From: a virus | Lineage: Duplodnaviria > Heunggongvirae > Uroviricota > Caudoviricetes | Direction: 5' to 3' (one strand) | Length of the DNA stretch: 47,619 bases | Virus record (IMG/VR): IMGVR_UViG_2541047828_000005 | Location: 1 to 47,619 of that record | Part shown: piece after piece, positions 18,159 through 29,770 of the stretch | Layout: every line of letters begins with the position of its first letter | How positions within the stretch are numbered: position 1 is the first letter of the stretch | The notes under the pieces: generated by a model | Databases searched by the model: none | Told to the model about the DNA's origin: nothing | What the model saw: the letters and a program-made list of their open reading frames with translations, nothing else | Position numbers and translations under genes: made by a program

Positions 18159-18801
18159 TGGCAGCAAATACCGAAATATTTGGGTAGTTGGCGATCTGCA
18201 CGGATGCTACACGAACCTGATGAAAAAACTGGAGACGATAGGATTCGACACCAAAAAAGACCTGCTTATCTCGGTTGGCGATTTGGTTGATCGCGGTACA
18301 GAGAACGTCGAATGCCTGGAATTAATCACATTCCCCTTGTTCAGAGCTGTACGTGGAAACCATGAGCAAATGATGATTGATGGCTTATCAGAGCGTGGAA
18401 ACGTCAATCACTGGCTGTTTAATGGCGGTGGCTGGTTCTTTAATCTCGATTACGACAAAGAAATTCTGGCTAAAGCTCTTGCCCATAAAGCAGATGAACT
18501 TCCGTTAATCATTGAACTGGTGAGTAAAGGTAAAAAATATGTCATCTGCCACGCCGATTATCCTTGTGACGAATACGAATTTGGAAAGCCAGTTGATTAT
18601 CAGCAGGTAATCTGGAACCGCGAACGAATCAGCAACTCACAAGACGGGGTCGTGAAAGAAATCAAAGGCGCGGACACGTTCATCTTTGGTCATACGCCAG
18701 CAGTGAAACCACTCAAATTTGCCAACCAGATGTATATCGATACTGGGGCAGTGTTCTGCGGAAATCTCACATTGATTCAGGTACAGGGAGAAGGCGCATG
18801 A
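18136..18801 (+). CDS. ninI: Ser/Thr protein phosphatase (lambda PPase, NinI), 221 aa
   Basis: Metallophosphatase motifs GDLHG, GDLVDRG, GNHE; matches lambda PP from MRYYEKIDG. Confidence 0.9.
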   Translation: MRYYEKIDGSKYRNIWVVGDLHGCYTNLMKKLETIGFDTKKDLLISVGDLVDRGTENVECLELITFPLFRAVRGNHEQMMIDGLSERGNVNHWLFNGGGWFFNLDYDKEILAKALAHKADELPLIIELVSKGKKYVICHADYPCDEYEFGKPVDYQQVIWNRERISNSQDGVVKEIKGADTFIFGHTPAVKPLKFANQMYIDTGAVFCGNLTLIQVQGEGA

Positions 18802-19421
18802 GACTCGAAAGCGTAGCTAAATTTCATTCGCCAAAAAGCCCGATGATGAGCGACTCACCACGGGCTACGGCTTCCGACTCTCTTTCCGGTACTGATGTGA
18901 TGGCTGCTATGGGGATGGCGCAATCACAAGCCGGATTCGGAATGGCTGCATTCTGCGGTAAGCATGAACTCAGCCAGAACGACAAACAAAAGGCTATCAA
19001 CTATCTGATGCAATTTGCACACAAGGTATCGGGGAAATACCGTGGTGTGGCAAAGCTTGAAGGAAATACTAAGGCAAAGGTACTGCAAGTGCTCGCAACA
19101 TTCGCTTATGCGGATTATTGCCGTAGTGCCGCGACGCCTGGGGCAAGATGCAGAGATTGCCACGGTACAGGCCGTGCGGTTGATATAGCCAAAACGGAGC
19201 AGTGGGGGAGAGTTGTTGAGAAAGAGTGCGGAAGATGCAAAGGTGTCGGCTATTCAAGAATGCCAGCAAGCGCCGCATATCGCGCTGTAACGATGCTAAT
19301 CCCAAACCTTACTCAACCCACCTGGTCACGCACTGTTAAGCCGCTGTATGACGCTTTGGTGGTGCAATGCCACAAAGAAGAGTCAATCGCAGACAACATT
19401 TTGAATGCGGTCACACGTTAG
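18798..19421 (+). CDS. Q: Late-gene antiterminator Q, 207 aa
   Basis: Matches lambda Q as recalled; followed by PR'. Confidence 0.9.
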   Translation: MRLESVAKFHSPKSPMMSDSPRATASDSLSGTDVMAAMGMAQSQAGFGMAAFCGKHELSQNDKQKAINYLMQFAHKVSGKYRGVAKLEGNTKAKVLQVLATFAYADYCRSAATPGARCRDCHGTGRAVDIAKTEQWGRVVEKECGRCKGVGYSRMPASAAYRAVTMLIPNLTQPTWSRTVKPLYDALVVQCHKEESIADNILNAVTR

Positions 19422-19463
19422 CAGCATGATTTCCACGGATGGCAACATATTAACGGCATGATA

Positions 19464-19492
19464 TTGACTTTTTGAATAAAGTTGGGTAAATT
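19464..19492 (+). promoter_or_regulatory. Late promoter PR' (-35 TTGACT 19464-19469, -10 TAAATT 19487-19492) with adjacent qut region
   Basis: Matches lambda PR' core as recalled; 17-bp spacer. Confidence 0.6.
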
Positions 19493-19527
19493 TGACTCAA
19501 CGATGGATAAATGCACTCGTTAAATAA

Positions 19528-19557
19528 AGCCCTGAGTTAATAGCTCGGGGCTTTTTG
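19528..19557 (+). terminator. tR'-like intrinsic terminator ~55 nt after PR' start
   Basis: AGCCCTGAG-ttaatag-CTCGGGGCT hairpin (one G-U pair) followed by TTTTT. Confidence 0.55.
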
Positions 19558-19783
19558 CGTTTTAATCACGACCTTTCTGAAAGCACATCAAACCAAATAC
19601 CAGACAGACAAAAATAATCACCTTATCCGCTGTGGCTACGGTGCGGTGTGCTTTGCATAAAAGAAAACCAGCGCAATGGCTGGCTTCGTGAAAGCGGGTG
19701 GCAAGAGGTTGCGCTAACAACCTCCTGCCGTTTTGCCCTTATTCCTAATTAAATAGAGCAAATCCCCTTATTGGGGCTAAGAC

Positions 19784-20107
19784 ATGAAGATGCCAGAAAA
19801 ACATGACCTGTTAGCCGCCATTCTCGCGGCAAAGGAACAAGGCATCGGGGCAATCCTTGCGTTTGCAATGGCGTACCTTCGCGGCAGATATAATGGCGGT
19901 GCGTTTACAAAAACAGTAATCGACGCAACGATGTGCGCCATTATCGCCTGGTTCATTCGTGACCTTCTCGACTTCGCCGGACTAAGTAGCAACCTCGCTT
20001 ATATAACGAGCGTGTTCATCGGCTACATCGGTACTGACTCGATTGGTTCGCTTATCAAACGCTTCGCTGCTAAAAAAGCCGGAGTAGAAGATGGTGGAAA
20101 TCAATAA
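19784..20107 (+). CDS. S: Holin S (dual start ATG-AAG-ATG giving S107/S105), 107 aa
   Basis: Matches lambda S as recalled. Confidence 0.95.
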   Translation: MKMPEKHDLLAAILAAKEQGIGAILAFAMAYLRGRYNGGAFTKTVIDATMCAIIAWFIRDLLDFAGLSSNLAYITSVFIGYIGTDSIGSLIKRFAAKKAGVEDGGNQ

Positions 20108-20567
20108 TCAACGTAAGGCGTTCCTCGATATGCTGGCGTGGTCGGAGGGAACTGATAACGGACGGCAGAAAACCAGAAATCATGGTTATGACGTCATTGT
20201 TGGCGGAGAGCTATTCACTGATTACTCCGATCACCCTCGCAAACTTGTCACGCTAAACCCCAAACTCAAATCAACAGCCGCCGGACGCTACCAGCTTCTT
20301 TCCCGTTGGTGGGATGCCTATCGTAAGCAGCTTGGCCTGAAAGACTTCTCTCCGAAAAGCCAGGACGCTGTGGCACTGCAACAGATTAAAGAGCGTGGCG
20401 CTTTACCGATGATTGATCGCGGTGATATTCGTCAGGCTATCGACCGTTGCAGCAATATCTGGGCTTCACTGCCGGGGGCTGGTTATGGTCAGTTCGAGCA
20501 TAAGGCTGACAGCCTGATTGCAAAATTCAAAGAAGCTGGCGGAACGGTCAGAGAGATTGAGGTATGA
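20091..20567 (+). CDS. R: Endolysin R (lytic transglycosylase), 158 aa
   Basis: Matches lambda R as recalled. Confidence 0.95.
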   Translation: MVEINNQRKAFLDMLAWSEGTDNGRQKTRNHGYDVIVGGELFTDYSDHPRKLVTLNPKLKSTAAGRYQLLSRWWDAYRKQLGLKDFSPKSQDAVALQQIKERGALPMIDRGDIRQAIDRCSNIWASLPGAGYGQFEHKADSLIAKFKEAGGTVREIEV

Positions 20568-21022
20568 GCAGAGTAACCGCGATTATCTCAGCTCTGGTTA
20601 TCTGCATCATCGTTTGCCTGTCATGGGCTGTTAATCATTACCGTGATAACGCAATCGCCTACAAAGAGCAGCGCGATAACAAGGCCAGTGAACTGGAGAA
20701 GGCGAACGCCACCATCGCTGACATGCGGAAGCGTCAACGTGATGTAGCAGAACTCGACGCAAGATACACAAAGGAGCTTGCTGATGCTAACGCGACTATC
20801 GAAAGTCTCCGTGCTGATGTTTCTGCTGGGCGTAAGCGCCTGCAAGTCGCCGCCACCTGTGCAAAGTCAACGACCGGAGCCAGCGGCATGGGCGATGGAA
20901 AAAGCCCAGGACTTACAGCAGATGCTGAACTCAATTATTACCGTCTCCGAAGTGGAATCGACAAGATAACCGCGCAGGTTAACTACCTGCAGGAATACAT
21001 CACCACGCAATGCCTGAAATAA
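20564..21022 (+). CDS. Rz: i-spanin Rz, 152 aa
   Basis: N-terminal TM and first ~35 aa match lambda Rz; remainder divergent coiled coil. Confidence 0.85.
   Translation: MSRVTAIISALVICIIVCLSWAVNHYRDNAIAYKEQRDNKASELEKANATIADMRKRQRDVAELDARYTKELADANATIESLRADVSAGRKRLQVAATCAKSTTGASGMGDGKSPGLTADAELNYYRLRSGIDKITAQVNYLQEYITTQCLK
20778..20969 (+). CDS. Rz1: o-spanin Rz1-like lipoprotein embedded in Rz (+1 frame)
   Basis: Signal sequence with lipobox-like LLGVSAC followed by Pro-rich segment; nested in Rz as in lambda. Confidence 0.6.
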   Translation: MLMLTRLSKVSVLMFLLGVSACKSPPPVQSQRPEPAAWAMEKAQDLQQMLNSIITVSEVESTR

Positions 21023-21023
21023 C

Positions 21024-21050
21024 AGCCTCGCACTAGCGGGGCTTTTTAAT
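21024..21050 (+). terminator. Rho-independent terminator after lysis cassette
   Basis: AGCCTCGC-acta-GCGGGGCT hairpin followed by TTTTAAT. Confidence 0.55.
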
Positions 21051-21088
21051 GCGTATCGTACACGCAAACCATCGAGAGTCTTTCAGTC

Positions 21089-21156
21089 GTGAGCCTGAGG
21101 AACGCCGTTAAAGGTGGCGACCTCTCTCGGGCGGCGTTCCTGTACGACAGGCTCAC
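21089..21156 (+). other. Long imperfect inverted repeat (two-tier stem-loop) in the 5' leader of the 198-aa gene
   Basis: Arms GTGAGCCTGAGGAACGCCG (21089-21107) and CGGCGTTCCT-gtacgac-AGGCTCAC (21132-21156); 24-nt loop. Confidence 0.5.
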
Positions 21157-21173
21157 ACCTAAAGGAAAACAGC

Positions 21174-21770
21174 ATGAAAGTTATCAAGTATTGGAAAGTT
21201 CAGCTTCTGCAGTTGTCTCAGCCCTCCAGCAATCTTTCCGGCATTATCAATGCCCGCACTCTGGTCGAAAGCCTGTTGTTTGAGGGGTACTCGAAAGATA
21301 AACCGAAAATTAACCTCGGTTCCGGAGTAAATATTGAGTTATTTACAGCACCCGATTCGCTGGAAACCCGTATCTTTCGTGACCGCCTCGTTGACAGTGT
21401 GCGTTGCTTCCCGGTGTGTGAAGATGATGGCGACAAAAGTGAGGGGGTAGACATTACCATCCACCTTGAGCCTCAGATTTCCAAATGCCGAGCCGTCATT
21501 GGTGGCGCGGGCGCAGCAAAGGCGCCAGAAAAAATCCATGACCATGCCTGTATTAACTGCTTCCTTGGTCGCGGTCCGTGCCTTGGTGACTGCCACGTTG
21601 CCGACGTTAATAAGGCTCGCAGCTCCTCCTTCGAAGACGTGGTGAAGCCCGTAATCAAATGGCTTAACGAAAACGCCAACCCTCATACATCAGTGAACAT
21701 CGACGCAACCAGTGCTCAGCTGCTTACTGGTGAAATCGGCATTCACACGGAAGAGTTCATTAAGGACTGA
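21174..21770 (+). CDS. Hypothetical 198-aa protein with Cys cluster (CINC-x6-CLGDCH)
   Basis: Start at MKVIKYWKV with AAGGA SD; located between lysis and terminase genes. Confidence 0.5.
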   Translation: MKVIKYWKVQLLQLSQPSSNLSGIINARTLVESLLFEGYSKDKPKINLGSGVNIELFTAPDSLETRIFRDRLVDSVRCFPVCEDDGDKSEGVDITIHLEPQISKCRAVIGGAGAAKAPEKIHDHACINCFLGRGPCLGDCHVADVNKARSSSFEDVVKPVIKWLNENANPHTSVNIDATSAQLLTGEIGIHTEEFIKD

Positions 21771-21830
21771 TCGGGCATTACAGAGCCACTTCCAGAGGTG
21801 GCTCGATAATGTCACAACGAGGTAAGGACT

Positions 21831-22571
21831 ATGGCAAAACCGGACTGGGGAGCACTGCAACACCAGTTCCTCGCCGAGCATGCCAAAACAGGAATATCCC
21901 CGAAAGACTGGTGCGCAGCGCAGGGACTGAATTATTCATCTGCGAAACGCTATATCAAAGTAACGACTTACGGTGCGAATTCGCAAAAAAAAAGTGCGAA
22001 CAAATCTGCGAATTCGCAGAAGGAGAAAGGCGGGGCCAATAAAAACGGGAAGGTGAAAAAAAACCAGCCCGACACAGGCGCCCGCTCAAAATCTCCAGAA
22101 ACGAAACCGATACGCGGATCGCGCACTGCTCCGCCGACGAACGCCTTCCAGCCTGGCAACCAGAACGCATTAAAGCATGGTGGCTATGGCCGCCGGATGC
22201 TGCTCTCTGACGCCATCACCGAAGATGCCCAGATGCTCACGCTCGACGATGAGCTTTTCTGGCTGCGAGCGGCGAGCCTGACAGCGGCAGAGAATATCGG
22301 GCGCTGGCAGACAGAGCTGGAGACAGCCGCCAGCGAGCAGGCCAAAGATCTGCACGACCTCATCTCTCAGGCGCAGAAAGCCATGCATCGCAACACTGCG
22401 CGCATTGAGTCGCTGGAGTACACCAAGGCGGCGATTATCAAGCAGCGCGTTGATGCCGCTTACCGCGAAGCCGCGACCGAAAAGGTTGAGCTCGAAATTG
22501 ATGTACTGAAAGACGGCGACAAGGATAACGCGATCGTCGTGCATAACTCGCTGCCAATACCGGGAAGATAA
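21831..22571 (+). CDS. Putative terminase small subunit, 246 aa
   Basis: N-terminal HTH-like segment, Lys/Asn-rich linker, position immediately upstream of large terminase. Confidence 0.6.
   Translation: MAKPDWGALQHQFLAEHAKTGISPKDWCAAQGLNYSSAKRYIKVTTYGANSQKKSANKSANSQKEKGGANKNGKVKKNQPDTGARSKSPETKPIRGSRTAPPTNAFQPGNQNALKHGGYGRRMLLSDAITEDAQMLTLDDELFWLRAASLTAAENIGRWQTELETAASEQAKDLHDLISQAQKAMHRNTARIESLEYTKAAIIKQRVDAAYREAATEKVELEIDVLKDGDKDNAIVVHNSLPIPGR
21974..22018. repeat. Two copies of palindrome TGCGAATTCGCA (21974-21985, 22007-22018) inside the terS 5' third
   Basis: Perfect 12-bp palindromes 33 bp apart; second extends to 14 bp. Confidence 0.5.
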
Positions 22572-22574
22572 ATC

Positions 22575-23906
22575 ATGGCCGACATTTACCTACCCACGCT
22601 ACACAACGGGCAGTTAACGGTCTGGTCTGATTCCTGGGATCACCAGTTGAATGCGGTTCGCTGTGGTCGACGCTGGGGGAAAACCTTCATGCTGTCGAGC
22701 GCCGCGGTGACCTACGCAACGTCGCAGTTTCGGCGCCCGGGCATGGACATCGAGCTGGGCGGCCGGGTCGGTATCTTCACTGCCGAGTATCGCCAGTACC
22801 AGGAGATCTACGACAAGCTGGAAGAAATCCTGTTGCCGCTGAAAAAGAGTTTTAGCCGGCAGGAAAAGCGCCTGCTGCTGAAGAACGGCGGGAAGATTGA
22901 CTTCTGGGTCACCAACGACAACAAACTGGCCGGTCGTGGTCGTGAGTACGAAATTATCCTGATCGATGAGGCGGCTTTTACCAAGTCGCCTGAAATGCTG
23001 AAGGAAATCTGGCCGAAGTCGATTAAGCCGACGCTACTGACGACAAAAGGCCGGGCCTACGTATTCTCAACGCCTGACGGTGTGGATGAAGAAAACTTCT
23101 TCTATGCCATCTGCCATAACAAAGACCTCGGCTTCCATGAGCATCACGCGCCGACGTCATCAAACCCCTTCGTTCCTCCCGAGGAGCTGGAGAAAGAGCG
23201 ACAGAACAACGATCCTCGCGTTTTCCGGCAGGAGTTCCTGGCCGAGTTCGTCGACTGGTCCGCTGCGTCGCTGTTCGACGTCCGCAAATGGTTCGAGGGT
23301 GAAAACCAGGATCAGCCTGTCGATTACCCTGAGATGTGCCAGGCCGTTTTCGCTGTCATGGATACCGCCGTTAAGGGCGGTACTGATCACGACGGCACGG
23401 CGGTGGTTTACTACGCCGTAGACACCCGGCCCGGAATTCAGCGCCTGACCATTCTTGACTGGGATGTGGTGCAGATCGACGGCGCGCTGCTGGAAGAGTG
23501 GATTCCGTCCGTTTTCACCCGGCTGAATGAGCTATCCGGCCAGTGCGTCGCTGTAAATGGCAGCCTCGGCGTTTTCATTGAAGACGCCAGTATGGGCAGC
23601 ATCCTTCTGCAGAAAGGCGAGAGCCTGGGATGGCCGGTCAACAAAATTGAATCCGCCCTGACCAGCAAAGGGAAGGACGAGCGCGCCATTATGGCCTCTG
23701 GGTATCACTACCGCGGGCTGGCGAAAATATCCCGATACGCCTACGAGAAGACGGCAGTCTTCAAGGGTGAAACAGCAAACCATCTGCATAAGCAGGTATC
23801 ACGATTCCACCTTGCCGATAAGAACGCGCACAAGCGCGCCGACGATTTGCTGGATGATTACACCTACGGGCTGATCATCGCGTTCGGTAGCGGCGACGCA
23901 CTCTAG
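22575..23906 (+). CDS. Terminase large subunit, 443 aa
   Basis: Walker A GRRWGKT, Walker B-like EIILIDEAAF, size and position. Confidence 0.85.
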   Translation: MADIYLPTLHNGQLTVWSDSWDHQLNAVRCGRRWGKTFMLSSAAVTYATSQFRRPGMDIELGGRVGIFTAEYRQYQEIYDKLEEILLPLKKSFSRQEKRLLLKNGGKIDFWVTNDNKLAGRGREYEIILIDEAAFTKSPEMLKEIWPKSIKPTLLTTKGRAYVFSTPDGVDEENFFYAICHNKDLGFHEHHAPTSSNPFVPPEELEKERQNNDPRVFRQEFLAEFVDWSAASLFDVRKWFEGENQDQPVDYPEMCQAVFAVMDTAVKGGTDHDGTAVVYYAVDTRPGIQRLTILDWDVVQIDGALLEEWIPSVFTRLNELSGQCVAVNGSLGVFIEDASMGSILLQKGESLGWPVNKIESALTSKGKDERAIMASGYHYRGLAKISRYAYEKTAVFKGETANHLHKQVSRFHLADKNAHKRADDLLDDYTYGLIIAFGSGDAL

Positions 23907-23917
23907 CGAGAAAACCA

Positions 23918-25333
23918 ATGAACGAAGATGATATCGCAATCGGCAGTTGCTCGCCGGAGCTGATCACGCTCCTGGACAGCGATGACATTCAGCCGGGTAT
24001 GTCGGCTGGCTATCAGACCTGCAAAACGATTTACCTCTTCCACCCGTTGGGCGGGAAAATGGTAGATCGCCCGATCAAGATGGCGATGAACGAGTCGCGC
24101 ACGGTTCACATTTCGCAGGCGTATGGCATTGAGCAGCGTCTCCGCGATGCATTTGAGCGGGAGTGGAAAGAACTGGGCGCCGATAAGCACATCGCTAATG
24201 CGGCGCGCATCTCTCGCATTTACGGTGTTTCGGCGATCGCAATGCTGGTTGATAACCAGGAGCCGTCCTCTGCGGTGGACTACCGCACGCTGTATAAGCA
24301 CAACGTGACATTCAACATTCTCGACCCGCTGAACACTGCCGGAAGCATCGTCCTGAACCAGGATCCGAACGCGCAGGACTTTCAGAAGGTCGACGGGATC
24401 AGAGTGGCGGGCAAGCCGTATCACAAATCCCGCTGTGTTGTGCAACAGAACGAGGACCCGATTTATCTGGCCTATAACTCTGCTGCCTTTGGCTTTACCG
24501 GTCGCAGCGTTTACCAGCGCGCTCTGTTCCCGCTGAAATCCTTCATCCAGACCATGCGCACCGATGACATGGTTTCCGTGAAGGGTGGCTTGCTGGTAAC
24601 GAAGATTCAGGGACCTAGCTCAGTCGTCAACAACATGATGCAAAAGCTCAGCGGCATCAAACGAATGATGCTGAAGCGAGGGAAGACAGGCGAAGTCCTG
24701 CAGATCGGCGCAAATGACAGCATCGAATCCATCGACCTGAGCAACCTGGAAAAGCCGCTCGACTCCTCCCGGAATCACATTCTGGAGAATATCGCTGCGG
24801 CAGCTGACATGCCGGCTATCATTCTGAACTCGGAAACATTCGCCCAGGGCTTCGGCGAGGGGACGGAAGACGCTCGATCTGTTGCAGTCTACATCGACAA
24901 CATCCGCGAGTGGCTTGAGCCGCTGTATGACTATTTCATCCGTATTTGCCAGTATCGCGCCTGGAGCATTGAGTTTTTCAATTCTCTGCGTGCTGACTTT
25001 CCGGAGCTGAAAAACACCTACAGCCTGTACTTCTCCTCATGGATTAACAACTTCGAATATCGCTGGCCGTCATCCCTGAAAGAGCCGGAAAGCGAAAAAG
25101 TGAAGGTCGACGAAATCCGGTTTAAGGCGATCGTCAGCATGCTGGAAGTGCTGCTTCCACAGGTCAACACGGATGATGAGAACCGCGCGCTTCTTATCGA
25201 GTGGGCGCAGACCAACGCGAACGCTAACGAAAGCCTGTTCCCGCAGCGACTTGATCTCGATATCGACTCGTTAAAGGCTAACCGGCCTGAACAGCCACGG
25301 GATGAAGAGCCCGGCGGCGGGATGATGCTATGA
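23918..25333 (+). CDS. Putative portal protein, 471 aa
   Basis: Size and position after terminase; no motif verified. Confidence 0.6.
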   Translation: MNEDDIAIGSCSPELITLLDSDDIQPGMSAGYQTCKTIYLFHPLGGKMVDRPIKMAMNESRTVHISQAYGIEQRLRDAFEREWKELGADKHIANAARISRIYGVSAIAMLVDNQEPSSAVDYRTLYKHNVTFNILDPLNTAGSIVLNQDPNAQDFQKVDGIRVAGKPYHKSRCVVQQNEDPIYLAYNSAAFGFTGRSVYQRALFPLKSFIQTMRTDDMVSVKGGLLVTKIQGPSSVVNNMMQKLSGIKRMMLKRGKTGEVLQIGANDSIESIDLSNLEKPLDSSRNHILENIAAAADMPAIILNSETFAQGFGEGTEDARSVAVYIDNIREWLEPLYDYFIRICQYRAWSIEFFNSLRADFPELKNTYSLYFSSWINNFEYRWPSSLKEPESEKVKVDEIRFKAIVSMLEVLLPQVNTDDENRALLIEWAQTNANANESLFPQRLDLDIDSLKANRPEQPRDEEPGGGMML

Positions 25334-26151
25334 AGACTTTCACGCGCACCGTACGCGAGGCGGTGAAGTTCTTTCTGCGCAATGGCTACACCTCGAGGCA
25401 GGAGCTGGAGCAATGGCAGGCCATTATCCGGCAGGCGGCCGAAAGCGAAACCGATGACGACTACATGAGCATGGTGTCGGATCGGTTGCGTAAGACCTAT
25501 GACCTGCAGGTGAGCAAGGCTGGAGCGCTGGAGCGCCACAAGGGGATTTCACGCTTCACGCTGAACTACATGGAGCCGAAGTTACGCAGCGAGCTGGATC
25601 GCCGCATCCTGGCCAGCGCTGACCTGATAAAGCTGAATCGCAAGAAAGCCATCGACACTACTCTGTCGCGGTTTAGCGGATGGGCCAGCAGCATTCCCTC
25701 AGCAGACAGCATTGCGCTGACCGGCATTCAGGGAACGATGCGGGAGACGGCGGCGCACATTCAGAAGGCCGCCGAGAAGGTGGACTATGAAGCGCGCCGC
25801 GTGATGATTGACCAGGGCCATAAGCTGATCGCCAATATCGACAACATCATCGCGAAGGGCAACAACGCGATTGCTGCCGAGTGGCATAGCCACTGGCGCC
25901 AGCCAGGGTACGACTACCGGGAAGATCACAAGGAACGTGACAAGCTGGTCTATCTCATCCGCGGGAACTGGGCGCAGAAAAATGGCTATGTCAAAGCTGG
26001 CCCTGCCGGCTATCTAGACGAAATTACGCAGCCTGGCGAAGAGGTTTTCTGTCGGTGCTACGTCACCTATCTGTACAACCTCCGCAGCATTCCCGAGGAC
26101 ATGCTGACCCAGAAGGGCCGCAAGTTCCTGGAGTCCATGAAAGCAGCATAG
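25330..26151 (+). CDS. Putative head morphogenesis / minor head protein, 273 aa
   Basis: Position after portal (Mu F-like slot). Confidence 0.5.
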   Translation: MKTFTRTVREAVKFFLRNGYTSRQELEQWQAIIRQAAESETDDDYMSMVSDRLRKTYDLQVSKAGALERHKGISRFTLNYMEPKLRSELDRRILASADLIKLNRKKAIDTTLSRFSGWASSIPSADSIALTGIQGTMRETAAHIQKAAEKVDYEARRVMIDQGHKLIANIDNIIAKGNNAIAAEWHSHWRQPGYDYREDHKERDKLVYLIRGNWAQKNGYVKAGPAGYLDEITQPGEEVFCRCYVTYLYNLRSIPEDMLTQKGRKFLESMKAA

Positions 26152-26160
26152 GAGCATTAA

Positions 26161-27777
<1,617 letters not shown>

Positions 27778-27792
27778 CGGGAGCTCTGAAGC

Positions 27793-28653
27793 ATGGCTAA
27801 TTTATCTCTTAACCCGATGGCGACCACGAATGCCGCTGGTTCCTTCGGTGTGCAGTCTGATGGCTTCATTCAGGGCGTTGCTCTGGATGATCCGGCAAAC
27901 CGCTTTAACCTGGCGTCCGGCACTGTCGCCGCCACCGAAACCAAACCGCTGTGGGGTGGCCTGCCGGTTGCCGAGTTGCTGCCCGGCGTGAACTCCAGTC
28001 CTCGCGGGTCGACTATTCGTCGCGCTGTATCACTGGCTGAGCTCGAAGGCTTCACCGTCTTCAACCAGGCCCACAACGGGCTTACCACTCCGCAATCACC
28101 GGTTCCGCTGTATGCGTCCGGCATGAGCGTTTCATTCTATCGCCTTGGCTCCAACATGCGCGTTCCGCTGAAAGCTTCAGCGCAGGTAGTCGCGCTGGGA
28201 ACCGCTGGCGCATCGGTGAAAACGCCGCTGGCGTGGGACTTCGTCAATAGCCAGGTGACCACCGCAGCCGCGGCGGCTTTTGCCGGTTCTGACATTGCCA
28301 CCACTGCCGTGACCTACTCGAACGGCGTAGCCACCGCCACCACCGCCTCCGCGCATGGTCTGACTGCTGGCCAGTACGTGAAGATCAGCGGCGTAGCGCC
28401 GGCGGCCTATAACGGCACCGTCGTTGTGCTGACCGTGCCGAGTGCGACAACCTTCACCTATGCGCCTGCCAGCGCGCCGGGCGGCTCCGCGACCACGCAG
28501 GGCACTATCGGCGCTGTTGCTCAGGCAGACATCACCCTGCCAGTGAAAGTCATCTCCATCGAGAGTGGGAACTCTAAAACTGTCAGCTATGACAGCGCTA
28601 CGGGCTTCCTTACCTGGAACAACACCGACAGCTGCGCGCTGGTCTTACTTTAA
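27793..28653 (+). CDS. Putative head decoration/minor capsid protein with Ig-like module, 286 aa
   Basis: Position before major capsid gene; carries HGLTAGQYVKISGVAPAAYNGTVVV...TFTY module shared with two tail proteins. Confidence 0.4.
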   Translation: MANLSLNPMATTNAAGSFGVQSDGFIQGVALDDPANRFNLASGTVAATETKPLWGGLPVAELLPGVNSSPRGSTIRRAVSLAELEGFTVFNQAHNGLTTPQSPVPLYASGMSVSFYRLGSNMRVPLKASAQVVALGTAGASVKTPLAWDFVNSQVTTAAAAAFAGSDIATTAVTYSNGVATATTASAHGLTAGQYVKISGVAPAAYNGTVVVLTVPSATTFTYAPASAPGGSATTQGTIGAVAQADITLPVKVISIESGNSKTVSYDSATGFLTWNNTDSCALVLL

Positions 28654-28666
28654 TCGGGAGCTTTAA

Positions 28667-29698
28667 ATGGCTGCAATTACCCCCAGCTACACCATCGTCA
28701 ACCCGTCGTATATTGCGCCGGAGTTGATCATTGGTTACCAGCAGGCGTCCGGTGCGTTCGAAACCATCGCCAGCGGTAACCCGCAGGTCCGCCTTGGCGT
28801 AGGCGACCAGTACGTTTATATGCGCCGCCTGGATATTCGTACCCAGGTAACCTCCAGCCAGTCCGGCAACGCCAACCAGCTGCCGAGCGTGGCGCTCGAG
28901 GCGCGCATGATCTCCACTCCAACCTACCTGTTCCGCTGCCGTGGTATCTACGATCACCACGACACCGCGGCGGCCGGTAACTGGAACGTGGCTCTGCCAG
29001 AAGCTCAGCGTCTCGGCATGCGTCAGGGCATCTTCCAGCAGTTGCGTTCTGCACTGCTGTACGGCATGAACCCGGCAGGCGGCGAAGGTCTGCTGAACAC
29101 CGCAGGCGCGACCACCGAAACCCTGCCGCCGGACAGCAACAGCAACACCACTGTGCTGACCTACGACCATGGACAGATGGCTGTCTATCTGCTGGGCCAT
29201 GTACAGGCCGCGCTGACCCGCACCATGCAACTGGGTCGCCAGCAGCGTGTTGTTATCCTCGGTCCGCAGCGAGTGCTGGGCGCGATGGAGATTCAGCAGA
29301 TCGTTCAGCTGACATCTTATCAGCGTCCTGGCGGCGGTACTGATACCGTCGGCGGCACCGTGAAAGAGGTTCTCCGTGGCGCGAATGTTCAGGTTGACTG
29401 GGTGTACGACGACACGCTGATCGGCGCCGGTGCCGGCGGTACTGACGCGGTGGTTATCACCGTCCCGGAAGTGGAAGTGCCGATGGCCAACTCCACCGTG
29501 AACACCAACGAATTCGCCAAACTGAGCCCGTCTATGGCGGCGAACGCCCTGATGTTCACCGACATGGCGGCACCGATGGAAATCCCGACGCCAATCCCCG
29601 GGGGCGCTATCGACGTGCTGTCAGAAATGCGCTCTACGGCTGGCTGGGCAGTCCGTCCGGAAGCTATCACCATCCTGTCGATGAAATACAGCGACTAA
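28667..29698 (+). CDS. Putative major capsid protein, 343 aa
   Basis: Size, position, and strong terminator immediately downstream. Confidence 0.5.
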   Translation: MAAITPSYTIVNPSYIAPELIIGYQQASGAFETIASGNPQVRLGVGDQYVYMRRLDIRTQVTSSQSGNANQLPSVALEARMISTPTYLFRCRGIYDHHDTAAAGNWNVALPEAQRLGMRQGIFQQLRSALLYGMNPAGGEGLLNTAGATTETLPPDSNSNTTVLTYDHGQMAVYLLGHVQAALTRTMQLGRQQRVVILGPQRVLGAMEIQQIVQLTSYQRPGGGTDTVGGTVKEVLRGANVQVDWVYDDTLIGAGAGGTDAVVITVPEVEVPMANSTVNTNEFAKLSPSMAANALMFTDMAAPMEIPTPIPGGAIDVLSEMRSTAGWAVRPEAITILSMKYSD

Positions 29699-29722
29699 AA
29701 CTCGAAATTGAGAAGTGCTTAA

Positions 29723-29756
29723 GCCTCTGCATGGTTCGCTGTGCAGGGGCTTTTTT
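29723..29756 (+). terminator. Rho-independent terminator after major capsid gene
   Basis: GCCTCTGCA-tggttcgctg-TGCAGGGGC hairpin followed by TTTTTT. Confidence 0.6.
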
Positions 29757-29770
29757 ACGAAGGGTAAACA

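Noticed and set aside
21023-21830. cos site between Rz and terS
   Set aside because: No lambda-like cos sequence recognised; the terminase looks headful-type
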